Below are positions 15,373 to 23,484 of a DNA stretch of 24,000 nt, piece after piece (position 1 is the first letter of the stretch; each line of letters opens with the position of its first letter). Source of the stretch: Klebsiella phage vB_KaeM_Merci; sequence record OK499981.1. One strand, given 5' to 3'. The notes beneath the pieces were generated by a model, which did not search any database, was not told the DNA's origin, and saw nothing but the letters and a program-made list of their open reading frames with translations. Position numbers and translations under genes: made by a program.

Positions 15373-17541
15373 TTATTCACCTTTATTTTCAGAATTTTGA
15401 GTAGAAGCTCCGTCAAGGAGCTCCATGATTTTTACAATATCATCGACGAGTTTGCTGTCAGTCCGCCAAGTATCCAAGACACTTGCGATGACAGGATAAT
15501 CATCTTTAAACTGCTCAATCTTTTTATAGAAGATTGTCTCAGCATCACCAGACAGTTTATTATAAATTTTATTACATAAAGCTAAATCATCATTTTCATC
15601 TTTGATTTTACTGGTACGACAAACTTTAGCGATTTTGTTTAGTTTTGTCAGGAACGGATTTTTCATTCCAGACGCAGTAAACTTACTCGACAAGAAATTC
15701 AACTTATCGTAATGCGCAATATTTCCACAGATACGGTTTCCAGTAGCATTTGACGGCATGTACTGGTCGTAATCTACCTTATCAATACACTTGATGTATT
15801 GGTCAATAATAAATCGGTCAAATGAAAGCAATCCATCAGCTTTTGTCGCGGCTTTCATAGCACCCGGACGAATTGCATAGAATTTCTTAATTCCGCACGC
15901 TTCTGCCAGAGAACGCATGCTCGCAATGTTCATATTCCACCACCAAACATTATCTGGGAAAGTGTGGATTTCATCACGATTGCGACCGATAGCATAACCT
16001 TCAAGCTCAGCAATTTCAGATGATAATAAAGTCTGACGGTCTTCTTCCCAGTACCCGTCTTTATCAATCCAATGTAATGACACATTAGGAGATTTTGGAC
16101 GTTTCTCTTTTGGACCAGTGTCATAATCAGGAAGAGCTTTTCTCTGGGCTTCAAGTTCAGACACACGGAATACTACAACTTCATCAGTATCCATGATTTT
16201 CTTCAGCTCATCAATGACATGCAATTCATCTTCATTGTCTTTGATTACAGTAATGTGTGCCCAGATTGGAACTAATCCAGATTTACACAGAGCTCGAACC
16301 GTAGCAATACGCTTACCCGCTTTATCGTCAATAAGAACGAACGCTTTAGTTCTATCAACGCCACAAATATCAGAAATGTTTACTTGATTATGGCGGTGCC
16401 ATGAGCTGTTTGATACTTTACGACGAGCAGGCTCATCACATGAAACATAAACTGATACTTCGTTATCTACATAATATGAACGAATTTTATCAAGATTATA
16501 CTTCGCAACTACTTGTTTAATATCGCGGTTCCCAATGGTAATACCACGGCTCTGAAGAATAGAGCGTTCCCTAGAACTCAGTTTATTGAACTCACGCAGG
16601 AATTCACGGTCAGATTCATACGCTTCAAACGCTTCAATATCTGCGGTAATTACCTCTTCTTCAAGAGCATTCACACGCTTCTGGATATTGGCAATAGTTT
16701 CTTCATCAAGAGAAAGCTCTTCACGAGATGGAGTAATGTCTAATTCGCCAAGAGGGAAATGAACATAAACCTTGCCATAACGATTAAGCAGCCAATCTGC
16801 CTTAACATCTACACCGCTAATCGGATATACGATTTTTCCATAAACTGCGTACAGACCATAGCTTTCATACGAACTATTAACGCTGAACCAGTCGGTCTTA
16901 TCTACCGGGAAATATTCAATTTCACGGCGAAGAGAATCTACCTTTGGAGGTACAGCACCAAATGTACGCAAAATATATGCGATTTCATAGTGCCAGGTAT
17001 CAATATCTTCTACTTTAACCGGAACCGTGATTTCAAGACCAGTTTCTTCGTCTTCTTTCATATCATCGACAAACATCGGACGAATAGTAGGTTCACCTCG
17101 GTTTTTCATGACAGTATAACCGGTGGCTTTACCATTATGATATGATACTACGTTAAATGTACTCGTGTAGCTCAGCGGAGATTTAGAACCAAGACCAAGA
17201 GCACCGATGAAATCATTACTGTTATTCTTTGTGGATTCAAAGAACGTTTTGTACATCGTCATCATGTCATTATGATTAAGACCTGGGCCATAATCACGAA
17301 TTACAAAGCGCGGGTCAAGACGTGTTGGTGCTTTTATGTAAAATGGACGATTTTCATTGCCGTTCAATTTATGAGCATCATCACAGTTAGTAGAAAGTTC
17401 ACGAACAACGGCACGAACTTTATACTTATAAAGTTTATTTGACAAAATGTCAAAAGCTTTACCTGAAGCTTTAATGGTAAACGTTGAATCGTCAGCGTCA
17501 GAAGAACCAATAATTACTTCATCATCACATTTAATTTTCAT
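15373..17541 (-). CDS. rIIA: rIIA protein (GHKL/HATPase-like)
   Basis: 722 aa. RAVVRELSTNCDDAHKLNGN, RLDPRFVIRDYGPGL and SNDFIGALGLGSKSPLSYT match T4 rIIA. Confidence 0.96.
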   Translation of the reverse strand: MKIKCDDEVIIGSSDADDSTFTIKASGKAFDILSNKLYKYKVRAVVRELSTNCDDAHKLNGNENRPFYIKAPTRLDPRFVIRDYGPGLNHNDMMTMYKTFFESTKNNSNDFIGALGLGSKSPLSYTSTFNVVSYHNGKATGYTVMKNRGEPTIRPMFVDDMKEDEETGLEITVPVKVEDIDTWHYEIAYILRTFGAVPPKVDSLRREIEYFPVDKTDWFSVNSSYESYGLYAVYGKIVYPISGVDVKADWLLNRYGKVYVHFPLGELDITPSREELSLDEETIANIQKRVNALEEEVITADIEAFEAYESDREFLREFNKLSSRERSILQSRGITIGNRDIKQVVAKYNLDKIRSYYVDNEVSVYVSCDEPARRKVSNSSWHRHNQVNISDICGVDRTKAFVLIDDKAGKRIATVRALCKSGLVPIWAHITVIKDNEDELHVIDELKKIMDTDEVVVFRVSELEAQRKALPDYDTGPKEKRPKSPNVSLHWIDKDGYWEEDRQTLLSSEIAELEGYAIGRNRDEIHTFPDNVWWWNMNIASMRSLAEACGIKKFYAIRPGAMKAATKADGLLSFDRFIIDQYIKCIDKVDYDQYMPSNATGNRICGNIAHYDKLNFLSSKFTASGMKNPFLTKLNKIAKVCRTSKIKDENDDLALCNKIYNKLSGDAETIFYKKIEQFKDDYPVIASVLDTWRTDSKLVDDIVKIMELLDGASTQNSENKGE

Positions 17542-17551
17542 TTTATTCCTA

Positions 17552-17758
17552 TCAATTGTGTCGTTTAATGATTTCTGCTACTTCAAGTAACTCTTCAGCA
17601 GTAGCGGTGTTAGTTGTAAAAATTTTATTATGGATTTCTTTGAAGCGTTCTTTGAATTCCTCAGCTGCTTGGATGTCAAAGAACCGCTGGATGATACGAT
17701 ATTCACGATATATAGCATCGTTGAATAATTCTTCTGATGGGATGTAACTACGTTTCAT
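17552..17758 (-). CDS. rIIA.1: rIIA.1-like small protein (68 aa)
   Basis: Position immediately 5' of rIIA. RREYRIIQRFFDI-type helical protein. Confidence 0.6.
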   Translation of the reverse strand: MKRSYIPSEELFNDAIYREYRIIQRFFDIQAAEEFKERFKEIHNKIFTTNTATAEELLEVAEIIKRHN

Positions 17759-17785
17759 AATATTTTCCTCAGTGATTTAGGGGAA

Positions 17786-17810
17786 ATTATATCACTATAA
17801 CTTTAAGCAA
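17786..17810 (-). promoter_or_regulatory. MotA-dependent middle promoter for the rIIA.1-rIIA-rIIB operon
   Basis: TTGCTTAAA box, 11-nt spacing from TGCTTAA, TGA-TATAAT extended -10. Confidence 0.8.
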
Positions 17811-17875
17811 GAATCCTAGAATCATCTCCAAGCACTTCTTGATTAAAGCCATATAAATCCATTCTTATAAAGAAA

Positions 17876-17895
17876 AAGGGACCCGGAGGTCCCTT
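17876..17895 (-). terminator. Rho-independent terminator after the gene 39 operon
   Basis: AAGGGACC-TCCG-GGTCCCTT followed by TTTCTTTATAA. Confidence 0.85.
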
Positions 17896-17898
17896 AGA

Positions 17899-18051
17899 TT
17901 ACCACACCCTACTAACTCGACCATAAACCTCATGTTTAGAACCATCAATGTTTTCCACCCAGATAGTAACCCAAGTTCCGGGCAGAGGTTTCTTTTCAGC
18001 GAACAGATATCCATAGTCGCCTGAGATCAAAGTAATCCAATAACGTTGCAT
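17899..18051 (-). CDS. Small protein (50 aa) downstream of gene 39
   Basis: MQRYWITLISGDYGYLFAEKKPLPGTWVTIWVENIDGSKHEVYGRVSRVW, RBS AGAAGGAATTAAC. Not in the supplied ORF list. Confidence 0.6.
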   Translation of the reverse strand: MQRYWITLISGDYGYLFAEKKPLPGTWVTIWVENIDGSKHEVYGRVSRVW

Positions 18052-18098
18052 GTTAATTCCTTCTAAGTAAGGGCAATAGTACCCTTACTATTTATTCT

Positions 18099-19916
18099 TT
18101 ATTCACTCATCCATGTCTTACGTGGAGAAGCATCGTTACCCATGATTAATTCAAACAGTTCTTTCCAGTTTTCAGGAAGAGATACTACATCATAAACCGG
18201 GTCTTGAATAACACGTTCGTATTCATCTTCTTCAAGAGAGCCAAGACCTTTAATATAACGAAGTTTCCAACCTTTGAAATCATCTTTATGGTCTTCATAT
18301 TCACCAAGAGAATAGAACCAACGTTGTTCTTTACCTTTGGTGAGAATAATAACCGGAGTTTTCACAAAGCGGATTCTACCCTGTTCAAACAGTTCAGGCC
18401 AATTACTGAAAAACGCTAAAAGACTTGGGAAAATTGAACCAACACCATCAACGTCTGCATCAGTCATGATGGCAATATTTCGGTAGTTAGTATTTTCAGC
18501 AGGCTCACCAATCGTCAAACCGGTGATTGCGCAAATGTCAAATACTTCTTTATTTTTCATCGCATCCGCAGCAGACATTCCCCATGTATTCATGAACTTA
18601 CCACGCAAAGGATATCCACCATGAAGTTCACGGTCGCGAGTTGTGAGTAGATAACCAATCGCAGAATCACCCTCAGTCAAGAATAAAGTGGTGTCAGCAT
18701 CTTTACCATATTTGTTGGCTTTGATGTGCTTAGCTACTTTGGCTTTCTGTGCCTTTTTAGCAGCTTTAGTTTCTGCGGCTTTCTCTGCAGCAAGTTTACG
18801 AGCTAACATTGCCTCAATAATAGGCATATGAATATCTTCGGATTTCATAATAGCGTTAGCAAGTTTCTTATAATCAATATCAATATGGCTACGAATTTCT
18901 CCCCAAGGAGAAGTCAGACGCTCTTTAGTCTGAGAATCAAATCGCATGTTAGACATGTCACGAATAAACATAATGACAGTCAGACACTCTTTAATTCGTG
19001 CTTTATTAACTTCTAGTTTGTACTTACGTTTTAATGCTGGAATAAGTTCATTGCTCAGTTCATCAAGAACTAGGTCAACGTGAGTACCACCATTTTTGGT
19101 GTGAATGTTATTAACATATGAAAGCTGGCGGAACCCATCATCTGAGCGACCAATAGCAATAGCACAAGTATCAGAATCCTGCACTACTGCATTTTCATCA
19201 TACATCTGGGCGTAAGCTTTAAACTTGCCTTGAACCCGTTTACCCATGAATTTAAATTCAATGTCAGGATAAACTACTGCTAACGTCATCAGACGGTCAT
19301 GAATAATATCTTCATAAACTTTACCCATATGAGTTTCATCAAAATGGGAAAAGTCTGGAATAAAAGAAACTGTTGTACCATTCTTTGTAGAAGGAACAGT
19401 TTTCCATGATACATTATCTGAACCATTAGAGCATGTAACGGTTATTTCATTTTTACCGTCGCACGTTGTTCCAATAAATTGAGTTGAAAAAATATTAGTT
19501 AATGATGAACCTACACCGTTTTGCCCGCCAGTTTTTCGTTCAGCATCATTACCAAAGTTACCACCAGCTTTAGTTTTTGTCCATGCTGCTACGGGACCTG
19601 GGATTTCGTCTCCTTCAGGAGTTACAACCATCGCCTGTGGAATTCCTCGTCCGTTATCAGTGACAGTGACACGATTATCTTTTAAATCTACTGAAATCTT
19701 ATTTGAAAACTTGAAATTAGTACGAATTGCTTCATCAACTGAGTTATCAATAACTTCATCAATGATTTTAATTAATCCCGCAACATACGTAACAGATGTC
19801 CATTTTCCAAACATAAATCTTTCATGAGATTCATTTGCTACACTACCGATATACATACCTGGACGACGAATAACATGTTCCTTATCGGAAAGCATTTGAA
19901 TTTTATTTTGAATCAT
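18099..19916 (-). CDS. 39: DNA topoisomerase II large subunit, fused 39+60 form
   Basis: GHKL ATPase motifs (DEVIDNSVDEA, DNGRGIP, GGQNGVGSS), TOPRIM (LTEGDSA, MTDADVDGVGS) and the gp60-type C-terminus in one frame. Start set to ATG 19916 (RBS GAGGTGATT). Confidence 0.95.
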   Translation of the reverse strand: MIQNKIQMLSDKEHVIRRPGMYIGSVANESHERFMFGKWTSVTYVAGLIKIIDEVIDNSVDEAIRTNFKFSNKISVDLKDNRVTVTDNGRGIPQAMVVTPEGDEIPGPVAAWTKTKAGGNFGNDAERKTGGQNGVGSSLTNIFSTQFIGTTCDGKNEITVTCSNGSDNVSWKTVPSTKNGTTVSFIPDFSHFDETHMGKVYEDIIHDRLMTLAVVYPDIEFKFMGKRVQGKFKAYAQMYDENAVVQDSDTCAIAIGRSDDGFRQLSYVNNIHTKNGGTHVDLVLDELSNELIPALKRKYKLEVNKARIKECLTVIMFIRDMSNMRFDSQTKERLTSPWGEIRSHIDIDYKKLANAIMKSEDIHMPIIEAMLARKLAAEKAAETKAAKKAQKAKVAKHIKANKYGKDADTTLFLTEGDSAIGYLLTTRDRELHGGYPLRGKFMNTWGMSAADAMKNKEVFDICAITGLTIGEPAENTNYRNIAIMTDADVDGVGSIFPSLLAFFSNWPELFEQGRIRFVKTPVIILTKGKEQRWFYSLGEYEDHKDDFKGWKLRYIKGLGSLEEDEYERVIQDPVYDVVSLPENWKELFELIMGNDASPRKTWMSE

Positions 19917-20595
19917 AATCACCTCTTTCAAAAGCACGAACTAACGCTTTATATGAACCTTTTGGATATCCCATTGTTTCCGCGTGCTTAACAAATGCTG
20001 CAGTTTTAGGACAGTTTAATTCTAACCACAATTTGTATAAAGCAATATCATGTTCCCATACAGGGCTTTTTCTATTTTTAATACCACATTTTATTGCAGC
20101 CTCTCCAACATGATGCTTTCCGTAAAAAGGATTTCTTTCACCAGATAATCTTCCATTTGGGCAATTATCTCCTTTTCTTCCATACATCGGATTCTTTTCG
20201 CCTTTCATCCGATTCGAATGTCTTTCTGAAAATTCAGTTGAGTGGGTTTTTCCGAAAAATGGATTATTTTCTCCCACTGTATCCATACCGAAGCATCCGT
20301 TAATAGTAGCAAATGCCATATTAAAGAAGTCTTTTGATTTAACTACATCGTATAGTTTTTGATAATACAATTCACAGAAAGTAGCTTCTTCTCTAGTATC
20401 AAATTCATCAATTATGCAACTATCAAATAATTCTGGATGTTCCTCTAATTCTTTATCATAAATTTCTTTGTACTTCTTAGATTTAACACTTCAGTGATAA
20501 TAATCATATGTATGCTTTTCCAAAGAAGTTGAGCCTATATAGAACGGAGGCAGTTTATCTCCAGCATAAATTGTTAGATATGTAATATATTTCAT
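19903..20595 (-). pseudogene. GIY-YIG/NUMOD3 (Seg-like) homing endonuclease, interrupted by an in-frame TGA at 20491-20493
   Basis: Translation from ATG 20595: MKYITYLTIYAGDKLPPFYIGSTSLEKHTYDYYH*SVKSKKYKEIYDKELEEHPELFDSCIINEFDTREEATFCELYYQKLYDV... then NUMOD3-like repeats NPFFGKTH, NPMYGRKG and NPFYGKHH. Frame is unbroken except for one stop. Confidence 0.82.
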
Positions 20596-20601
20596 ACAGC
20601 T

Positions 20602-20629
20602 ATTATATACTGAGTTTGCATAAAGTAAA
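20602..20629 (-). promoter_or_regulatory. Early promoter driving the Seg-like gene and/or gene 39
   Basis: TTTACT - 16 nt - TATAAT on the - strand. Confidence 0.7.
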
Positions 20630-20631
20630 CA

Positions 20632-20657
20632 AATAAATGACCCGAAGGTCATTTATT
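20632..20657 (-). terminator. UUCG-loop terminator overlapping the stop of the lipoprotein ORF
   Basis: 11-bp perfect stem AATAAATGACC-TTCG-GGTCATTTATT on the - strand, followed by TGTTTAC. Confidence 0.75.
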
Positions 20658-20901
20658 CATAACGAATTGTGCTGTTCTTGAGAAAAAGTCCTGAGCACAC
20701 TGTTCCATTAACGGGTTTCCCTGTTGGCCCAATAGCCGTAAAGCCTGTGTGCTGAAAATCATCCTCTGAGCAAGAAAAGAACTTATACCCGGTAATTTGG
20801 ATATCAGTAAACCCTGCATTATCTAATACTCGAGTAGCGTTATCAGCGTCAGTACATCCAACCATCATGAAGGCAAGCGCTGTAATTAAAATCTTTTTCA
20901 T
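20653..20901 (-). CDS. Small predicted lipoprotein (82 aa)
   Basis: MKKILITALAFMMVGC signal peptide/lipobox-like, then a compact Cys-containing domain. Confidence 0.7.
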   Translation of the reverse strand: MKKILITALAFMMVGCTDADNATRVLDNAGFTDIQITGYKFFSCSEDDFQHTGFTAIGPTGKPVNGTVCSGLFLKNSTIRYE

Positions 20902-20987
20902 TTTAATTTAACCCTATAAGTTATATTACCTACTTTAATAACCCGGATTTCTCCGGGTTTCATGGTAATGCGTGCTTTAGTTCCCAT
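20898..20987 (-). CDS. Micropeptide (29 aa): MGTKARITMKPGEIRVIKVGNITYRVKLK
   Basis: Start overlaps upstream stop (TGATG), stop overlaps downstream ATG (ATGA). Not in the supplied ORF list. Confidence 0.5.
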   Translation of the reverse strand: MGTKARITMKPGEIRVIKVGNITYRVKLK

Positions 20988-21163
20988 CAATAATCACCGC
21001 TCTTTAATCCATCATAGTGAACTGCCGGAGCAGAAACCACTCGCTTCATTTGGCCTTCGCATCCAGTATTGAAGCACTCGATAGTGTAGTCACGATGGGA
21101 AATTTTACGCATAATTTCTATCTTTTTTCCACAGACTTCACACTTGTAATCATACATTGGCAT
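20987..21163 (-). CDS. Small zinc-ribbon protein (FmdB/CxxC..CxxxxC type)
   Basis: MPMYDYKCEVCGKKIEIMRKISHRDYTIECFNTGCEGQMKRVVSAP. Start adjusted to ATG 21163. Confidence 0.6.
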   Translation of the reverse strand: MPMYDYKCEVCGKKIEIMRKISHRDYTIECFNTGCEGQMKRVVSAPAVHYDGLKSGDY

Positions 21164-21485
21164 TAACAGCATCCTTCCATTTTTGTGTTTTGACCATGAT
21201 TTGCTCATTCAGTGCACGAGTAACCATCATGGAGATTTCATCATCTGATACATGGGTATCATTTTTATGGCGATTTCTGAAATGCAGCCAAAGTGCATCC
21301 ACTACACAGTTAATAACATCTGCGCACTCGCCTTCAAATTCTTCTTTCTGCCGCCATGGACGATTAATCCAATCACACATTTCTCCAGTTTCTGAAGAAA
21401 GTTGCAACATGACATTCCCAATGCTACGGTTAGGAATAGGATAAGACAGTTTTGATGCTTCAAAAATAGGAGCTAAATTTAACAT
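21150..21485 (-). CDS. MazG-like nucleotide pyrophosphohydrolase candidate
   Basis: LQLSSETGEMCDWINRPWRQKEEFEGECADVINCVVDALW resembles the MazG E..E..D metal-binding pattern. Confidence 0.5.
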   Translation of the reverse strand: MLNLAPIFEASKLSYPIPNRSIGNVMLQLSSETGEMCDWINRPWRQKEEFEGECADVINCVVDALWLHFRNRHKNDTHVSDDEISMMVTRALNEQIMVKTQKWKDAVNANV

Positions 21486-21844
21486 TGATATGCACTCTGC
21501 AGTGCTGCAATAGCAGCGATTGCCTGGCCACGATTATGAACAGAAAGATTCATAACCAAATCGGTTGGAATTACATTCGCGGAAGTTCCAACTTCAGTAA
21601 AGTATTTGAATTCGCTATCAAAAATTACAAGGTCTTCACCGCCGACTTCATCACATTCTGTACCATTAGCCCACGTAATTCCGGATACTCTGTTATTTTG
21701 GTGGTCAACTTTAGTAACAGTAAAACTCCCGCCATTTTCATAGAGTTCATACACAAAATCTTCATTAACCTCATAACGTGAAGAAAATTCTTCTTCAGCT
21801 TCATCATTGACGAATTTGTACTGTACGCCTTCTTTAAAATTCAT
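21479..21844 (-). CDS. goF (comC-alpha)-position protein
   Basis: 121 aa. Position between cef-like and 39.x ORFs in T4-like order. N-terminus MNFKEGVQYKFVNDEAEEEF. Confidence 0.5.
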   Translation of the reverse strand: MNFKEGVQYKFVNDEAEEEFSSRYEVNEDFVYELYENGGSFTVTKVDHQNNRVSGITWANGTECDEVGGEDLVIFDSEFKYFTEVGTSANVIPTDLVMNLSVHNRGQAIAAIAALQSAYQC

Positions 21845-22059
21845 TACACAATCTCCATGTATTCTGGGCCATCAACTGTGATTACGCGAGCAAAGGTACG
21901 AACTGGGACAATATCACCATGGTTCGCGAATACATACAACCAGGTCCAATGCTCTTCTTTACCGAAGGTTTTCTCTTTCTGAACGACGATTAAGTCCGGG
22001 TTGAACAGAACATCTTCAAAAGCTTCAGCAGTAATTTTTACGGTATTTTCAGTTTTCAT
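21844..22059 (-). CDS. cef-position protein (71 aa)
   Basis: ATG 22059 with RBS TGAGGAGAATAAC. The listed start at 22119 lies in the promoter. Confidence 0.5.
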   Translation of the reverse strand: MKTENTVKITAEAFEDVLFNPDLIVVQKEKTFGKEEHWTWLYVFANHGDIVPVRTFARVITVDGPEYMEIV

Positions 22060-22087
22060 GTTATTCTCCTCAGTAGTTGATAAAATA

Positions 22088-22116
22088 ATAGTACCACATC
22101 CTTGTGGCAAAGTAAA
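22088..22116 (-). promoter_or_regulatory. Early sigma70-like promoter
   Basis: TTTACT - 17 nt - TACTAT on the - strand. Confidence 0.75.
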
Positions 22117-22123
22117 CAACTTT

Positions 22124-22564
22124 TTATACTAAACCTTGACGCTGTGATTCTGTCGGCTCTACATCAGCTTTAGGCAGAACTGCATAGTTGCCTTGAAACA
22201 CTACGTTTACTAGGGTTTTATCATCTTCTTCCCACTCATCAGTGACAAGAACATTTTTGCCTTGACTTAGATTTTTTGCCGGATTTTTGGGGTCTTTGGA
22301 TTGAGTGACAACATTTTTAAGGGTTTTAACACGAACCCACTTACGTTCAAAGCTTTCTTTAACATTGTTAGTGTCTTTAAACTTCAAATGTTTTGCAGGA
22401 ACTACAAATTTTTCTAAGCAATGAATATAATCACCATAATCAGAATGAATTTTATAACCTGCTTTACCATCATTACGATTAGCAACTTTAACGATCACAC
22501 CAGTATGACCAACCCACTTGCCACCAGTAACTTCTACAGCATCGCCTACAATCAAATTTTTCAT
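22124..22564 (-). CDS. motB: MotB-like, KOW-type DNA-binding modifier of transcription
   Basis: 146 aa. N-terminal VGDAVEVTGGKWVGHTGVIVKV is KOW-like. Position between dexA and cef as in T4. Confidence 0.65.
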   Translation of the reverse strand: MKNLIVGDAVEVTGGKWVGHTGVIVKVANRNDGKAGYKIHSDYGDYIHCLEKFVVPAKHLKFKDTNNVKESFERKWVRVKTLKNVVTQSKDPKNPAKNLSQGKNVLVTDEWEEDDKTLVNVVFQGNYAVLPKADVEPTESQRQGLV

Positions 22565-22590
22565 AGTGTTTCTCTCAGTTTGTTAATGTA

Positions 22591-22610
22591 GAGCCATTAT
22601 ATAATGGCTC
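22591..22610. repeat. Perfect 20-bp palindrome GAGCCATTATATAATGGCTC
   Basis: 10-nt arms, no spacer, covers the -10 of the early promoter upstream of motB. Confidence 0.85.
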
Positions 22611-22624
22611 TTTCATAAAGTAAA
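22596..22624 (-). promoter_or_regulatory. Early sigma70-like promoter for motB
   Basis: TTTACT - 17 nt - TATAAT on the - strand. Confidence 0.8.
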
Positions 22625-22627
22625 TAG

Positions 22628-22795
22628 TTATCGGTGAGAAATTTCACATCCAACATCGACGCCGAACAGATACCCAGCTTCCCACCCTTTAGCCATCATA
22701 GCCTTGGCCACCAGAACCATCGTTGGAGAGATTTCCGGGAGGATTTCCCGGTTGAACCACTCTTCGAAGTTTTCGTCGAATTCAAACTCTTCCAT
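22628..22795 (-). CDS. Small acidic protein (55 aa) downstream of dexA
   Basis: MEEFEFDENFEEWFNREILPEISPTMVLVAKAMMAKGWEAGYLFGVDVGCEISHR. TAATG overlap with the dexA stop. Not in the supplied ORF list. Confidence 0.65.
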   Translation of the reverse strand: MEEFEFDENFEEWFNREILPEISPTMVLVAKAMMAKGWEAGYLFGVDVGCEISHR

Positions 22796-23484
22796 TAGCC
22801 ACGCCCCTTAGGTAAACTCAGTGGATCGGTATCTTCTGGACTTGGTGCTTCGCTTAGGCCTAGAGCATAACGTTGAGCATATTTAAGCATTAAAATATCC
22901 TTAGCGCAGTCATGGATACTATCATGCGCGATAAATCCGTCGAGCGTACCCTTTGGAAGAGGGGTAGTTGTCAGCCCACGAGTCAGAAGCAGCGATTCAA
23001 TTGCAGTACGAATGTCACGCTGATTCCAGAACTTGCATGGTTCTTCTTTAAATGTATCAATTTCTTCTTCGGAAATTCCTTGGGCTCGTTGAACATCGCG
23101 AAGACAATCAACAAAAATTGGAAAGTCAAAGCTCTGTCCACGACACCAGCCAAAGGAATCCCATGGGTGAATTCCATTATCAATCAGATATTGCTGAGCT
23201 TCTTTAATTCCAGCAATTACTGATAAATCGTCTGGCGTTGAGGCCAGGTTAGCACGGGCTTCAGCTGACTGTTTCTTCCACCACTCAAGAGTAGACTTGC
23301 CAAACAACCGATGACCTTTCTGGGATTTAAGGTCAAACTTGATACGATGACCACGTTTAACCAATTCATCAAAGCTTTCCAGAACTTCAGGGTCAGAATC
23401 AAAGGTGATTAGAGCAAGGTCAATCACAGAAGAGCTTGACACATTTCCGAATGTTTCAAAATCAATAATAAAGTCTTTAGCCAT
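22795..23484 (-). CDS. dexA: Exonuclease A (DexA)
   Basis: DFIIDFETFG, FDLKSQKGHRLFGKSTLEWWK, CKFWNQRDIRTAIESLLL and PLPKGTLDGFIAHDSIHDCAKDILMLKYA match T4 DexA. Confidence 0.96.
   Translation of the reverse strand: MAKDFIIDFETFGNVSSSSVIDLALITFDSDPEVLESFDELVKRGHRIKFDLKSQKGHRLFGKSTLEWWKKQSAEARANLASTPDDLSVIAGIKEAQQYLIDNGIHPWDSFGWCRGQSFDFPIFVDCLRDVQRAQGISEEEIDTFKEEPCKFWNQRDIRTAIESLLLTRGLTTTPLPKGTLDGFIAHDSIHDCAKDILMLKYAQRYALGLSEAPSPEDTDPLSLPKGRG

Noticed and set aside
17787-17852. 21-aa hydrophobic micro-ORF MALIKKCLEMILGFLLKVIVI upstream of rIIA.1
   Set aside because: Overlaps the MotA box and -10 of a convincing middle promoter, weak RBS, probably chance.
10827-19016. Listed + strand ORFs inside 52, rIIA, rIIB and 39 (for example 11432..11815, 16759..17145, 18828..19016)
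   Set aside because: Shadow ORFs antisense to conserved genes. One has repetitive HLEQRFHHDDNL-like sequence, but no RBS or promoter.
19921-19936. TGCTTTT-N12-TATGAT as a MotA middle promoter for gene 39
   Set aside because: The -10 would overlap the gene 39 start codon and has a poor consensus (TATGAT). The early promoter at 20602 is a better source of gene 39 transcript.
20940-20959. AACCCGGA-GAAA-TCCGGGTT hairpin as a stand-alone terminator
   Set aside because: No following T-run, and it lies wholly inside a tightly coupled 29-aa ORF. Listed as part of that finding instead.
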